Part shown: positions 40,437 to 50,682 of the stretch, piece by piece
Layout: every line of letters starts with the position of its first letter
Position numbering within the stretch: position 1 is the stretch's first letter
Origin: Candidatus Saccharimonadota bacterium
Lineage (GTDB): Bacteria; Patescibacteriota; Saccharimonadia; UBA4664
Reading direction: 5' to 3'
DNA length: 64,000 nucleotides
Assembly (NCBI GenBank): GCA_019352195.1
Contig: JACAFG010000001.1
Span: forward strand, 130,485-194,484
The notes under the pieces: model-generated
Told to the model about the DNA's origin: nothing
The model's database searches: none
The model's input: only the letters and a program-made list of their open reading frames with translations
Program-made: the position numbers and the translations under genes

Positions 40437-41741
40437 TTATTCCAACGTAAAATCGGCACCAACTGCGCGTAGTTTGTCCCAAAAGAATTCGTAACCGCGT
40501 TCCAAATGGTGCACGCCCTCGAGCGTACTTTCGCCGGTTGCTACCGCCGCCGCAATGACCTGCGCCATACCAGCACGAATGTCGGGAATGGTGATAGTTG
40601 TGGCTGCAAGGGGCGTTGGGCCTTTAATTACCGCTGAGTGTGGCTCGGAGTGGTTGCGAAAACGGCAGGGCAGTTCGCCCAAACACTTGGCAAACACGCC
40701 AATGTCAGCACCCATACGTCGCAAATCTTCGGTGTAGCCGAACCGGTCTTCATACACAGTCTCGTGAATTACCGACAAGCCCTCGGCCTGAGTAAGTGAA
40801 ACTACTGTTGGTTGCTGCCAGTCGGTTGCAAACCCTGGGTAGGTATCGGTTTCAAGCTCAATGCTTGTGAGCTTATTGCCTTTGCCTCGGCTAAACGTAA
40901 TGCTCCCGTTACTTACTTCGTAGGTTGCACCCATCCGGCGCACGGTGTTAAGAAATGATACCAATTCGTCTTGGCGCGCACCTTCAACCACAATTTTACC
41001 GCCGGTCGCAATGGCCAAGTTGGCAAATGAGGCGGCTTCTAGGCGGTCTGGCAAAATTCGGTAGCTCACGCCGTGCAGTTTGCTCACGCCGTCAATGGTG
41101 AGGGTACGGTCGGCGCCATATTCAATGATGGCTCCCATTTGCTGTAACAGCTTGACCATGTCTACGAGCTCTGGCTCTATGGCCGCATTTTCGATTCGGG
41201 TACGACCTTTGGCGAGTACTGCCGCCAAGATGACGTTTTCGGTGGCGCCGACACTGGGATAGGGCAGTGTAATAACGGCCCCACGCAAGCCGTTTGGCGC
41301 TTTTGCAATATACGTACCGTCAACTTCGTCAATCACCGCGCCCATGGCTGCCAGCGCGTCGAGGTGAAAGTTAACCGGACGGGGGCCAATGGCGTCGCCG
41401 CCCACAATTGGCACCTGAGCCTCGCCGACCCGGTGTAGCAGCGGCGACAAGGCCAAAATTGAGATACGGTTTCGGCTCGACAGCTTTGTCACCTTAGTGC
41501 CGTGAATTTTGGGGGTATGTAGCGTTAAAACATCGCCTTCACGGCTCACAATAGCGCCAACGTGCGCACAAATTTCCGCAGTAATGCTAACGTCCTCGAT
41601 TTCGGGACAGTTAGCCAATATTACTGGTTCATCGGTAAGGAGGCTTGCAATCATCATTTTGGTGGCGGCGTTTTTGGCTCCCTGTACCCTGACATGGCCG
41701 CTCAGCGGCCGTCCGCCGCGTAATTTCAGAATTTTTGGCAT
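40437..41741 (-). CDS. murA: UDP-N-acetylglucosamine enolpyruvyl transferase
   Basis: GAKNAA, GGDAIGPRPVNFH, PSVGATEN, PGFATDWQ and PDIRAG. Confidence 0.95.
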   Translation of the reverse strand: MPKILKLRGGRPLSGHVRVQGAKNAATKMMIASLLTDEPVILANCPEIEDVSITAEICAHVGAIVSREGDVLTLHTPKIHGTKVTKLSSRNRISILALSPLLHRVGEAQVPIVGGDAIGPRPVNFHLDALAAMGAVIDEVDGTYIAKAPNGLRGAVITLPYPSVGATENVILAAVLAKGRTRIENAAIEPELVDMVKLLQQMGAIIEYGADRTLTIDGVSKLHGVSYRILPDRLEAASFANLAIATGGKIVVEGARQDELVSFLNTVRRMGATYEVSNGSITFSRGKGNKLTSIELETDTYPGFATDWQQPTVVSLTQAEGLSVIHETVYEDRFGYTEDLRRMGADIGVFAKCLGELPCRFRNHSEPHSAVIKGPTPLAATTITIPDIRAGMAQVIAAAVATGESTLEGVHHLERGYEFFWDKLRAVGADFTLE

Positions 41742-41845
41742 AATGATTCCTTGTTTGATTTGATTATACGCTAGTGCTTATTTTGACAGGTAGTTCAAAA
41801 AAATAACTAATTGTGCTCTCGTGTGGTAAATTAGTGCCATAACGA

Positions 41846-42193
41846 GTGTGGCAATTTATGTTCGATCCACAGGTAGATGCGCTCACCGACCTCCAATACC
41901 GCATTTTGCTGGCCTTGGCCGATGGGCAGGTTCGATCGAGCCTGTCCATTTGGAATACGGTGCAAACCGATTCTAAAGCGCACCTCAAAGTTGCCAGCGC
42001 TACCATCAATCGCAGTCTTGCGAGTCTGGTTAAGTTTGAACTCGTCGAGCGTTTACTAGATGACTCGCCCGTCACCTCCCGTCAGCGCCCCAATTATCGC
42101 CTTACGCGAGCCGGCTACGATAGTCTGCACTCTGAGATGATCCGTTGCCGTGATCTCGCCGTTATCATTGGGGCGCGACTCGCCGAGCGTTAG
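41846..42193 (+). CDS. PadR-like winged-helix regulator
   Basis: ILLALADG and RPNYRLTRAG. Confidence 0.7.
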   Translation: MWQFMFDPQVDALTDLQYRILLALADGQVRSSLSIWNTVQTDSKAHLKVASATINRSLASLVKFELVERLLDDSPVTSRQRPNYRLTRAGYDSLHSEMIRCRDLAVIIGARLAER

Positions 42194-42209
42194 TGGTATC
42201 ATAAATGCT

Positions 42210-43457
42210 ATGAAAAACGCCTTCCGTCGCCTTATTCGACCTCTGATCGAGCAGCAAGTGAAGCGGCTCATTTCTCGTCACAACTTCAAAGTAGTAGCGG
42301 TAGCCGGAAGTGTCGGCAAGACCTCAACCAAAACAGCCATCGCCACAGTGCTTGCCGAAAAATACCGAGTCCGCGTCCACAGTGGCAACTACAACGATTC
42401 CGTAAGTGTTCCGCTAGCCGCGTTTAATCTGGATGTACCGCGTACCATCATCAACCCATTTGCTTGGATTATGCGACTGCTCCAGATGGAGCGAGCTATT
42501 TGGAGCGAGCCTACGATTGATATTTTGGTATTAGAGCTAGGCACAGATCATCCGGGCGAGCTGGCACACTTCATGACTTATTTAACACCTGATTTTGGTG
42601 TAGTTACGGCAATTTCGGCCGAACATATGGAATTCTTTAAAACTATCGAAGCTGTCGCAAAAGAAGAATTTGATCTGGCCCTCGGATCAAAACAAGCCAT
42701 TCTCAACGATACGTTCGATCGCTTGCACTTTCTTACTAAGGCCCTCAAAACTACCCCGATTTGGTACTCTGACGAGAGTTTTCGTCATATTAAGACAAAG
42801 CTTAAACACGATCACGGTTGGGACGAAGATCATTTTCCGCGCCACATTCTGCAAGCCATCGGAGCGGCAGTCGCGGTTGCTACTGAGCTCAAGCTCAACG
42901 ACACGCAAATAACCAGCGGAATCGTCAAATTCAAAGGCGTCCCGGGCCGCATGCAACTCTTAGACGGCCTCGATGGCTCACTCATTATTGACGACACCTA
43001 CAACTCGAGCCCCGATGCCATAATCGCTGCCATGACGTACTTAAATGAACTGCCAATAACCGGCCGCCGCATTGCCATTATGGGTCGCATGAACGAGCTA
43101 GGAACTGGTTCGCCGAAGTATCACACCGATGTGGGCGCAATATGTGCCGGTGTCGATTACCTCATTACCATTGGTGATCTCGCCAACGAATATCTGGGGC
43201 CAGCCGCGGTTGCCGCTGGCCTCGACCCTACCCGCTTCCAAGCCGCCGATTCGCCATACGCGGCGGGTGAGTACGTCAAATTACTTCTCAAACCCGGCGA
43301 TGTCGTGCTCGCTAAAGGCTCTCAAAACGGCGTCTTTGCCGAAGAAGCCGTAAAATTGCTGCTCGCTCATCCGTCCGACGCCGGTAAGCTCGTCCGACAA
43401 TCGCCGGCTTGGCTGAACCAAAAACGCGCCCAGTTTATGGACGCGCCTAAGGATTAA
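42210..43457 (+). CDS. murF: Mur ligase, MurF-like
   Basis: AGSVGKTSTK, ELGTDHPG, GRM, IDDTYNSSP, MNELG and KGSQ. Confidence 0.85.
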   Translation: MKNAFRRLIRPLIEQQVKRLISRHNFKVVAVAGSVGKTSTKTAIATVLAEKYRVRVHSGNYNDSVSVPLAAFNLDVPRTIINPFAWIMRLLQMERAIWSEPTIDILVLELGTDHPGELAHFMTYLTPDFGVVTAISAEHMEFFKTIEAVAKEEFDLALGSKQAILNDTFDRLHFLTKALKTTPIWYSDESFRHIKTKLKHDHGWDEDHFPRHILQAIGAAVAVATELKLNDTQITSGIVKFKGVPGRMQLLDGLDGSLIIDDTYNSSPDAIIAAMTYLNELPITGRRIAIMGRMNELGTGSPKYHTDVGAICAGVDYLITIGDLANEYLGPAAVAAGLDPTRFQAADSPYAAGEYVKLLLKPGDVVLAKGSQNGVFAEEAVKLLLAHPSDAGKLVRQSPAWLNQKRAQFMDAPKD

Positions 43458-43466
43458 CCAACTAAA

Positions 43467-43886
43467 TTAATACGTGGCGGTTTTGTTGGCTTCCTGTGCC
43501 GCCAACAAAGTATCCAACTCTTGCTGGTGCTTAACCTGCTTGGATGTCACATACGTAATCAACGCGTGCAACATGAGGGCAACAAACAGATAGACCATGA
43601 TGGCGAACAGGGCTGACGCGCTAAAGTAGCCGGTTTCCGAAACGGGATGAGCGGGGAAAATCCCCCGAAACGGCTCCAAGAAGGCTGCTGCCACTCGGTA
43701 AATAAACTGGGTAAATGCGGCCGACGTACTGGCGCTAAAGAGCAGCAAGATAAACCCAAGGGCCAGGAAAGCGCTTGCCACTAGCGAGTAGCCATACACG
43801 ATGTAAGTAAGTACCCGCGAGAACTTCAGGAACATGAGCTTTGTATCGGAGGCGGTAACTGGTTTTTCGGGCACCTTGGTAGGCAT
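43467..43886 (-). CDS. YggT family membrane protein
   Basis: F.QFIY.....FLEPFRGIFP. Confidence 0.8.
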   Translation of the reverse strand: MPTKVPEKPVTASDTKLMFLKFSRVLTYIVYGYSLVASAFLALGFILLLFSASTSAAFTQFIYRVAAAFLEPFRGIFPAHPVSETGYFSASALFAIMVYLFVALMLHALITYVTSKQVKHQQELDTLLAAQEANKTATY

Positions 43887-44000
43887 TAAAATTATCCTTT
43901 TATCTATATGAAGCCAATTATAGACCTTAAATGCAAGCAAGTCGCCTTGTTTTGAGCTTAAGCTAGCCTCAATCTGCCACCCGGGCTATAATCAATACCT

Positions 44001-47000
44001 ATGAAGCGTTATAATCCGTCCGAAATCGAGCCCAAATGGCAGCAAACCTGGACTGACACTCAACTTTACAAGGTGACGGAAGACTCGTCGCGGCCCAAGT
44101 ACTACATGCTTACCGAGTTCCCGTATCCGTCGGGCGATGGTTTGCACGCAGGCCACATCCGCGAGTACACCGTGGGCGATGTTATCGCTCGGCACAAGCG
44201 TATGCAGGGCCACAACGTGCTCTATCCCATGGGCTACGACGCTTTTGGTTTGCCAACTGAAAATTACGCTATCAAACACAAAATTGCCCCGCAAGTTGCG
44301 ACCGCCACTAACGTGGCCAACTTCCGCAGACAGTTCGATCAACTCGGTTTGTCGTTCGACTGGAGCCGCGAAGTAAACACTACTGATCCAGATTATTACC
44401 GCTGGACCCAATGGCTGTTTTTGCAATTTCTGAAAGCGGGACTCGCTTATCAGGATGAAATTGCCATCAACTGGTGTCCCAAAGAAAAGACTGGTCTCGC
44501 TAACGAAGAAGTCGTCAACGGCAAACACGAACGTTGTGGCACGCCGGTCGAGAAAAAGTTTCTCAAGCAATGGTTATTTCGCATTACCGACTACGCTGAT
44601 CGTCTCATTGATGGCCTAAAAACCGTCGATTTCCCCGATAAAATTGCCAACCAACAGATCAATTGGATTGGTCGCTCCGAAGGTGCGGAAATTGATTTTG
44701 CGATCAAAACTCAAACCGAACCCACCTTCTATCAATTCTTTGAGCCGGGCAAAATCAAGCCCGAGCATCCTTTTGTTGAGCGTGATGGCATTTTGGCGAT
44801 TGTGAAGCATTGGAATGAAGACAAATATCTTGGCTTACGTTGGAAGCAGGTGGACTGGGAAACATTTATCACTGGCGGTATAGAAGCCGGACAAACCCCC
44901 GAGACTGCTGCCCTCGCAGAAATCCAGCAAGAAACTGGGTATATCAACGCACGACTCGTAAAAGATCTCGGCCGCATGCACTCGCAGTTTTTCCATGTGC
45001 CAAAAAACCAAAATCGTCACGGGCACTTTAAGATGCTGTATTTTGAGCTCCAAGATGACAAACGCGTGACGGTAGCTGACGAAGAACAGTCGATCCACGA
45101 ACCGGTATGGCTCACTCGGGCCGAAATTGCCGACTTTAAGCTGCCATCGTCCCACCGATTTATGTGGGAGCAGTTGGCCGGCCGACCAAGCGACTCCGTG
45201 CGCGTTTACACTACGCGCCCAGATACATTGTTTGGTGTGACATATTTGGTCTTGGCACCCGAGCATCCGCTGATAGAACGCTACATTCACCAATCGTCTA
45301 ACGCCGAAGAAGTGAGCATCTACGTTAAGGCGGCTATCGGCCGCGCCGAGCTGGAGCGTCAGGAGGCTAAGGAAAAAACTGGGGTCGAACTGAAGGGAAT
45401 TAAGTCCGTTCATCCGCTTACCGGCGAAGAGCTTCCAATCTGGGTGGCCGATTACGTCTTGGCGGGCTACGGCACTGGCGCCATTATGGCCGTACCGGCC
45501 CACGACGAGCGCGACGGCGAGTTTGCCGCCCAATTTGACCTGCCGATAATCCCAGTGGTCGAGCCTGTTACGGGTAACCCGTTACCCGACGAAGAGTATC
45601 GCCGCAGCATTGTGGCTCTCGTGCGCAATCCCAGAACCAATGAAGTCCTCTCGATCAACTGGGGCCAACAGGGTGGTAACATTTTCATTGGCGGCGGTAT
45701 AGACGAAGGTGAAGACGTTGTTGAAACGGCCCGCCGCGAAGTACTAGAAGAGACTGGGTATATAAATCTCAAACTTATTGGCCAATCTGAAAAAATTCAT
45801 CACCACTACATAGCGCACTCCAAGGGCGGTATTAAGCGCGGGATCGATGTTTGGGGAGTCTATTTTGAACTGGAAAACGATGATCGTGACGAGCAGAAAT
45901 TAGAAGCCGACGAGGAAGGTAAATTCACGGTTGAGTGGCTGCCATCGACCAAAGTTGAGCAGCTTGTCAATGACGAACTGCACAAGTATGTTTACGAAAA
46001 ATTCATTGGCCAAAAATGCTACATTGGCTATGGCCCGCTCGTAAATTCAGGCGAGTTCGATGGTCTCCAAGGTGACGAAGCCAAAGCCGCCATAGTGTCC
46101 AGGCTCGAGCAAATGGGTGTCGGCAAAACTGCCAAAAAGTACAAGCTCCGCGACTGGGTTTTTAGTCGCCAGCACTATTGGGGTGAACCAATTCCGGTCA
46201 TTCACTGTCCTAAAGACGGTGTTGTGCCGGTGCCCGACGACCAGCTGCCAGTCACTCTGCCGCCAGTTGAATCCTACGAACCTACCGACACCGGCGAGTC
46301 GCCCCTCGCTGCCATGACCGATTGGGTCAATGTCGAGTGTCCACAGTGTGGCGGTCCGGCCAAGCGCGAAACCGACACTATGCCCAACTGGGCAGGGTCA
46401 AACTGGTACTACCTGCGCTATATGGATCCGCGCAACAACCAAGCATTTGTCGGCGAGAAAGCGCTCGACTATTGGCAGCATGTGGATATGTACTTGGGTG
46501 GCATGGAGCACACCACGCTCCACTTGCTTTACTCACGTTTTTGCCACCAATTTTTGTACGACCAAGGCCTTGTGCCAACCCCTGAACCTTACGCTGCCCG
46601 CCGTGGGCAGGGGATTGTATTGGCTGCCGATGGCCGCAAAATGAGCAAATCAATTGGCAACGTCATCAATCCCTCCGATATTGTTGCCAAGTACGGCGCC
46701 GACACTATGCGCCTCTACATTTTATTTATGGCGCCGTATGACGAAACGACACCCTGGAGCGACGAGCGACTGGGCGGCGTCAACCGCTTTGCCTACCGCG
46801 TCTGGACCCTCGTGCAGCAATTAGCTGCCAACACTACACAAACCGGCGATCCCGATGGCACCTTTGTCACCGAAGTTGATCGCTTTGTTCACAAAACCCT
46901 CAAAAAGGTCCACGATGATCTCCACGACATGCGCTTTAACACGGCCATTGCAACTATGATGGAACTCCTCAATAATCTCAGCACCCCGGCCATCAACACG

Positions 47001-47363
47001 CGCATTATCGAGCCGCGTCACGCCGATTTGGCCACCCGCACCGCCCGCACCTTCGTTTTGATGCTAGCCCCATTTGCGCCCTATATTGCCGAAGAACTCT
47101 GGCACGAACTTGGCAGTGACGACAGTGTTCATACGGCCGCGTGGCCTAGCTACGATCCGTCGCTCATCAAAGACGACGTCGTAGAGCTAGCGGTCCAAGT
47201 TAACGGCAAACTCCGCGGGACCATTTTGGCCGCCGTCGAAGCGTCCGAAACCGAGATCGTGGCCGCTGCTAAAGACAACCCCAACGTCGCCAAGTTCCTA
47301 ACTGGCACAATCGCTAAAACCATCGTCATCCCGCGTCGGCTAGTTAACTTTGTAGTGAAGTAG
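44001..47363 (+). CDS. leuS: Leucyl-tRNA synthetase with two inserted Nudix domains
   Basis: FPYPSG.GLHAGH, TTRPDT, GTGAIMAVPAHD and KMSKS motifs; 1120 aa. Confidence 0.96.
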   Translation: MKRYNPSEIEPKWQQTWTDTQLYKVTEDSSRPKYYMLTEFPYPSGDGLHAGHIREYTVGDVIARHKRMQGHNVLYPMGYDAFGLPTENYAIKHKIAPQVATATNVANFRRQFDQLGLSFDWSREVNTTDPDYYRWTQWLFLQFLKAGLAYQDEIAINWCPKEKTGLANEEVVNGKHERCGTPVEKKFLKQWLFRITDYADRLIDGLKTVDFPDKIANQQINWIGRSEGAEIDFAIKTQTEPTFYQFFEPGKIKPEHPFVERDGILAIVKHWNEDKYLGLRWKQVDWETFITGGIEAGQTPETAALAEIQQETGYINARLVKDLGRMHSQFFHVPKNQNRHGHFKMLYFELQDDKRVTVADEEQSIHEPVWLTRAEIADFKLPSSHRFMWEQLAGRPSDSVRVYTTRPDTLFGVTYLVLAPEHPLIERYIHQSSNAEEVSIYVKAAIGRAELERQEAKEKTGVELKGIKSVHPLTGEELPIWVADYVLAGYGTGAIMAVPAHDERDGEFAAQFDLPIIPVVEPVTGNPLPDEEYRRSIVALVRNPRTNEVLSINWGQQGGNIFIGGGIDEGEDVVETARREVLEETGYINLKLIGQSEKIHHHYIAHSKGGIKRGIDVWGVYFELENDDRDEQKLEADEEGKFTVEWLPSTKVEQLVNDELHKYVYEKFIGQKCYIGYGPLVNSGEFDGLQGDEAKAAIVSRLEQMGVGKTAKKYKLRDWVFSRQHYWGEPIPVIHCPKDGVVPVPDDQLPVTLPPVESYEPTDTGESPLAAMTDWVNVECPQCGGPAKRETDTMPNWAGSNWYYLRYMDPRNNQAFVGEKALDYWQHVDMYLGGMEHTTLHLLYSRFCHQFLYDQGLVPTPEPYAARRGQGIVLAADGRKMSKSIGNVINPSDIVAKYGADTMRLYILFMAPYDETTPWSDERLGGVNRFAYRVWTLVQQLAANTTQTGDPDGTFVTEVDRFVHKTLKKVHDDLHDMRFNTAIATMMELLNNLSTPAINTRIIEPRHADLATRTARTFVLMLAPFAPYIAEELWHELGSDDSVHTAAWPSYDPSLIKDDVVELAVQVNGKLRGTILAAVEASETEIVAAAKDNPNVAKFLTGTIAKTIVIPRRLVNFVVK

Positions 47364-47474
47364 CTAACGGTACCAATTAACCGATACTTATAATCTAGAT
47401 CGGTATTGCATGTTCGTAATTTGTTCGGTATACTCGGATGTGATATCTGATTATTATGATTACAGAGGAATACA

Positions 47475-47816
47475 ATGAGCGAATTATCTGAGTCAAAAGT
47501 TCGTACAATCGTTAGTGAAGAAATCGAGAAGAGCGTCACTATTGGCGTCATGAAAACGGATGTTTCAAATCTGAAAACGGACGTCTCCGAGCTTAAAACT
47601 GACGTCTCCGAGCTTAAAACGGACGTCTCCGAACTTAAAACTGACGTCCGCCGCCTTAATGTCATGTTCGAACATTTTGGGACAAAAATGGATGCAATTG
47701 CGGAGCTTGTTCACACTACCGTCAGCACGCGCAACGACGTTACCGAGCTCAAAGAGCGGGTCCAGCGGCTTGAGAGCGATGTTACCGTACTTAAATTAGT
47801 AGCACGTAACGACTAG
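47475..47816 (+). CDS. Coiled-coil protein with KTDVSEL heptad repeats
   Basis: RBS gagga; heptad repeats. Confidence 0.75.
   Translation: MSELSESKVRTIVSEEIEKSVTIGVMKTDVSNLKTDVSELKTDVSELKTDVSELKTDVRRLNVMFEHFGTKMDAIAELVHTTVSTRNDVTELKERVQRLESDVTVLKLVARND
47552..47648. repeat. 21-bp tandem repeat, about 4.6 copies
   Basis: aaaac(g/t)gacgtctccga(g/a)ctt units. Confidence 0.9.
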
Positions 47817-47909
47817 GATACGCGTGACATTCGCTAAATCGAGGCTATACTAGGTAATAAGTAGTTGCCAGAAGCTGCCTATTAACGTATAATCGGGATC
47901 AAGAGTGCT

Positions 47910-48365
47910 ATGCACGTCAATGTTCGAGAGTTTCTAAATGAAGACGTAGGGTACCGGCGAACTTTCGAGATCACCGGTGAACGCCCACCCCTTGAGGGTA
48001 TAACGTTAACGGACGACATTAATGGCGATGTTACTATTTCGCGTATTGATGACGGTTTACTCGTTAGCGGCGTAATTCACGCTGAAATTGAGCTCGTCTG
48101 CGACCGCTGTCTACGCTCGTTCACACGCCCGGAACGTATCCAGTTTGAATGGATTTACCGCGAAAAGCCCGAGGACGATGATCTGCCAATTGTGAAAGAC
48201 AAGATCGATTTGGCGCCCATCATTAACCAGGAGCTTATTCTCGCCCAGCCCATCAAACAGCTCCACAGTCCCGACTGCGCCGGAGTTGATGGCAAACCCG
48301 ATAACGAACCAGCCCCCGCGCCTAGTTTGCGCGTTGGCGACCGGGCTCGCATAACGAAAGGATAA
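47910..48365 (+). CDS. DUF177/YceD protein
   Basis: CDRCL and IDLAPII.QELIL..P; upstream of rpmF. Confidence 0.88.
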   Translation: MHVNVREFLNEDVGYRRTFEITGERPPLEGITLTDDINGDVTISRIDDGLLVSGVIHAEIELVCDRCLRSFTRPERIQFEWIYREKPEDDDLPIVKDKIDLAPIINQELILAQPIKQLHSPDCAGVDGKPDNEPAPAPSLRVGDRARITKG

Positions 48366-48368
48366 GTT

Positions 48369-48533
48369 GTGGCCGTACCTAAGAAACGTACTACTAGCTC
48401 GAGCCAAGGCCAGCGCCGCTCACACATGGCGCTCGTTCCCACTCAGCTCGTTCCCACCAGCTCCGGAGCACTCGTACCCCGCCGAATCAAGAAGGCAGTC
48501 GAGCTCGGACTCATTAAGCCAAAGAAGGCCTAG
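48369..48533 (+). CDS. rpmF: 50S ribosomal protein L32 (not in ORF track)
   Basis: GTG start, MAVPKKRTTSSSQGQRRSH; located between yceD and nusB. Confidence 0.9.
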   Translation: MAVPKKRTTSSSQGQRRSHMALVPTQLVPTSSGALVPRRIKKAVELGLIKPKKA

Positions 48534-48539
48534 CCGCAT

Positions 48540-49010
48540 ATGGCATCAAATCGTCACCTCGGCCGAATCGTTGCCATGCAAACGTTGTATGAGTTCGATT
48601 TCCGCGGTGGCGAGACTGAGCATGTCGAAATTGCGCCCATTTTGGAGCGCAATTTAGGCGAGTTTCGTTCGAGCATCGATGACACCGCGTTTGTTGAAGA
48701 CGTTGTTGCCGGTGTTCGCAGCAACCAAGACACCATTGATGGCGTTATTACGCCGGCCGCTCCCGAGTGGCCCATTGATCAGATTGCCAAAATCGATAAA
48801 GCGGTGCTTCGCATCGGTGTCTATGAACTCGTCATAAAACGCGACGTGCCGCCAAAAGTGGCTATTAATGAAGCTGTGGAACTTGCCAAAACCTTTGGCG
48901 GGGAAAACTCTAGTAAGTTCGTCAACGGCGTTTTGGGTACAATCTACCGCAACAGTGACTTCTATGAACCAGAAGAAGAGCCGGCGTCCCAGCCGAAACA
49001 ATCAAGCTAA
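48540..49010 (+). CDS. nusB: Transcription antitermination factor NusB
   Basis: [27 protein letters not shown] and KFVNGVL. Confidence 0.95.
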   Translation: MASNRHLGRIVAMQTLYEFDFRGGETEHVEIAPILERNLGEFRSSIDDTAFVEDVVAGVRSNQDTIDGVITPAAPEWPIDQIAKIDKAVLRIGVYELVIKRDVPPKVAINEAVELAKTFGGENSSKFVNGVLGTIYRNSDFYEPEEEPASQPKQSS

Positions 49011-49458
49011 GTCGGACCGTGCCAACCGGGCTGTCCGTGAATATACTGCTGGCGGCGTGGTCTATCGTCGTATCGAGGACCGAGTTGAGATTCTGATGAT
49101 TCAGGATCGACTTGGTCGTTGGACGATTCCCAAAGGTCACGTTGAGGCAGGCGAAAGTATCGACCAAACTGCGTTACGTGAAGTGGCCGAGGAAACCGGT
49201 TTAACCGAGTTTCGTTTGGGCGACAAACTCGACAAACTGCACTTTTTTTACCGCAAAGAGGGCAAGCTCATTTTTATGACGACGCACGTTTTCCTCATGG
49301 AAGCGCTTGGTGATACCGACGCCATCGTGCCCGAAGATTCCGAAGGTATTGCCGACGCCAAATGGTTTGACTCGGTGGAAGCCCTCAAACTCATTGAGTA
49401 CCGCGATACCGAAAAACTGTTCCGGCTTGGCCTCGAGAAAGTCTACGCCACTACATAA
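48964..49458 (+). CDS. Nudix hydrolase
   Basis: [24 protein letters not shown]. Confidence 0.9.
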   Translation: MNQKKSRRPSRNNQAKSDRANRAVREYTAGGVVYRRIEDRVEILMIQDRLGRWTIPKGHVEAGESIDQTALREVAEETGLTEFRLGDKLDKLHFFYRKEGKLIFMTTHVFLMEALGDTDAIVPEDSEGIADAKWFDSVEALKLIEYRDTEKLFRLGLEKVYATT

Positions 49459-49510
49459 TTCGATCGCCTTTTAACTATAAATTTATAACCAACAACGCTT
49501 AAGAAATGCT

Positions 49511-50230
49511 ATGATTAACACAAGTTCAATGACAATTGATGATTTTCAACACCGTCTCGGTGTCCAATTTAACGATATTAGCCTGCTTGAACGGGCATTT
49601 ATTCATCGCTCATATCTCAATGAGCACCCCAAACTCGGCCTCGAGCATAACGAACGCCTCGAGTTTTTAGGCGACGCCGTCCTCGAGCTTGCCGTAACCG
49701 ATTATTTATACCGAACTTTCCCTAACCCCGAAGGCGACCTTACCAACTGGCGGTCCGCCCTCGTAAAAACCGAGAGCCTGGCAGCCGTGGCCGAAGAACT
49801 CGATATTTTGCCCCTGTTCAAACTCAGCCGCGGTGAGACCAAGGGTAATGCCCGCTCACACGCGCTGATATCGGCTAACGCCGTTGAGGCGATTATCGGC
49901 GCAATTTATCTCGATCAGGGCTACGATGCTGCTCGCGGGTTTATTGCCGCGCAGATTATTGCCCGCCTCGACGAAATATTGTCTACCGGAGCGTGGATGG
50001 ACGCCAAAAGTCGCTTCCAAGAGTTGGCTCAAGAGCAGTTTGGTCTCACGCCTGCCTATAAAGTGCTGGGCGAAGAAGGTCCCGATCATGACAAAATTTT
50101 TACCATTGGCGTATATGTTGGCGACAAAGTCTTTGGTCAGGGCAATGGTTCGAGCAAACAAGCTGCCCAACAGGTAGCCGCGGCCGCCGCGCTTGAGTCC
50201 ATTGAGACTAAGTCCACCACAAAAGCTTAG
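49511..50230 (+). CDS. rnc: Ribonuclease III
   Basis: NERLEFLGDAVL; C-terminal dsRBD. Confidence 0.97.
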   Translation: MINTSSMTIDDFQHRLGVQFNDISLLERAFIHRSYLNEHPKLGLEHNERLEFLGDAVLELAVTDYLYRTFPNPEGDLTNWRSALVKTESLAAVAEELDILPLFKLSRGETKGNARSHALISANAVEAIIGAIYLDQGYDAARGFIAAQIIARLDEILSTGAWMDAKSRFQELAQEQFGLTPAYKVLGEEGPDHDKIFTIGVYVGDKVFGQGNGSSKQAAQQVAAAAALESIETKSTTKA

Positions 50231-50252
50231 TCCAAAACCGCCTAACCAAATT

Positions 50253-50504
50253 ATGAGCGTATTGAAAACGGTCAAGACCAAGCCAACTACGGTCGTTAGC
50301 CGCATCAGCCGCATGATCGGTGTGGCGCTCATCCTTGTGGGGTGTATTAGTGCTGCTTTGGGCTTCTGGCTCACGGCAGGTTGGAGCATGTACGCCATTC
50401 TCGGAGGATTTATAAGCCTAATTGTCGGTGGTGTTCTCACTAAATTGTCTCAGGGACACGTGATCGAAGCGCTATTATCCGCTGTGTTTGGCGGCCAATT
50501 TTAA
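50253..50504 (+). CDS. Small membrane protein
   Basis: Two TMs. Confidence 0.5.
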   Translation: MSVLKTVKTKPTTVVSRISRMIGVALILVGCISAALGFWLTAGWSMYAILGGFISLIVGGVLTKLSQGHVIEALLSAVFGGQF

Positions 50505-50682
50505 TAGTACCCGTACCTCTGCCAACTATGAGCGGCTGACGATTAGCGCAAAAAGTAGGCTCATTCGGATAGAAGTTGTGCATAAGTACAAAGTAATGGC
50601 ATTGATTACCTAATATTCTAGGGGTATAACACAAACATGAGCACAAAGTTGCGCTCATGCTCCACCCGACATCTCGAAGCGA

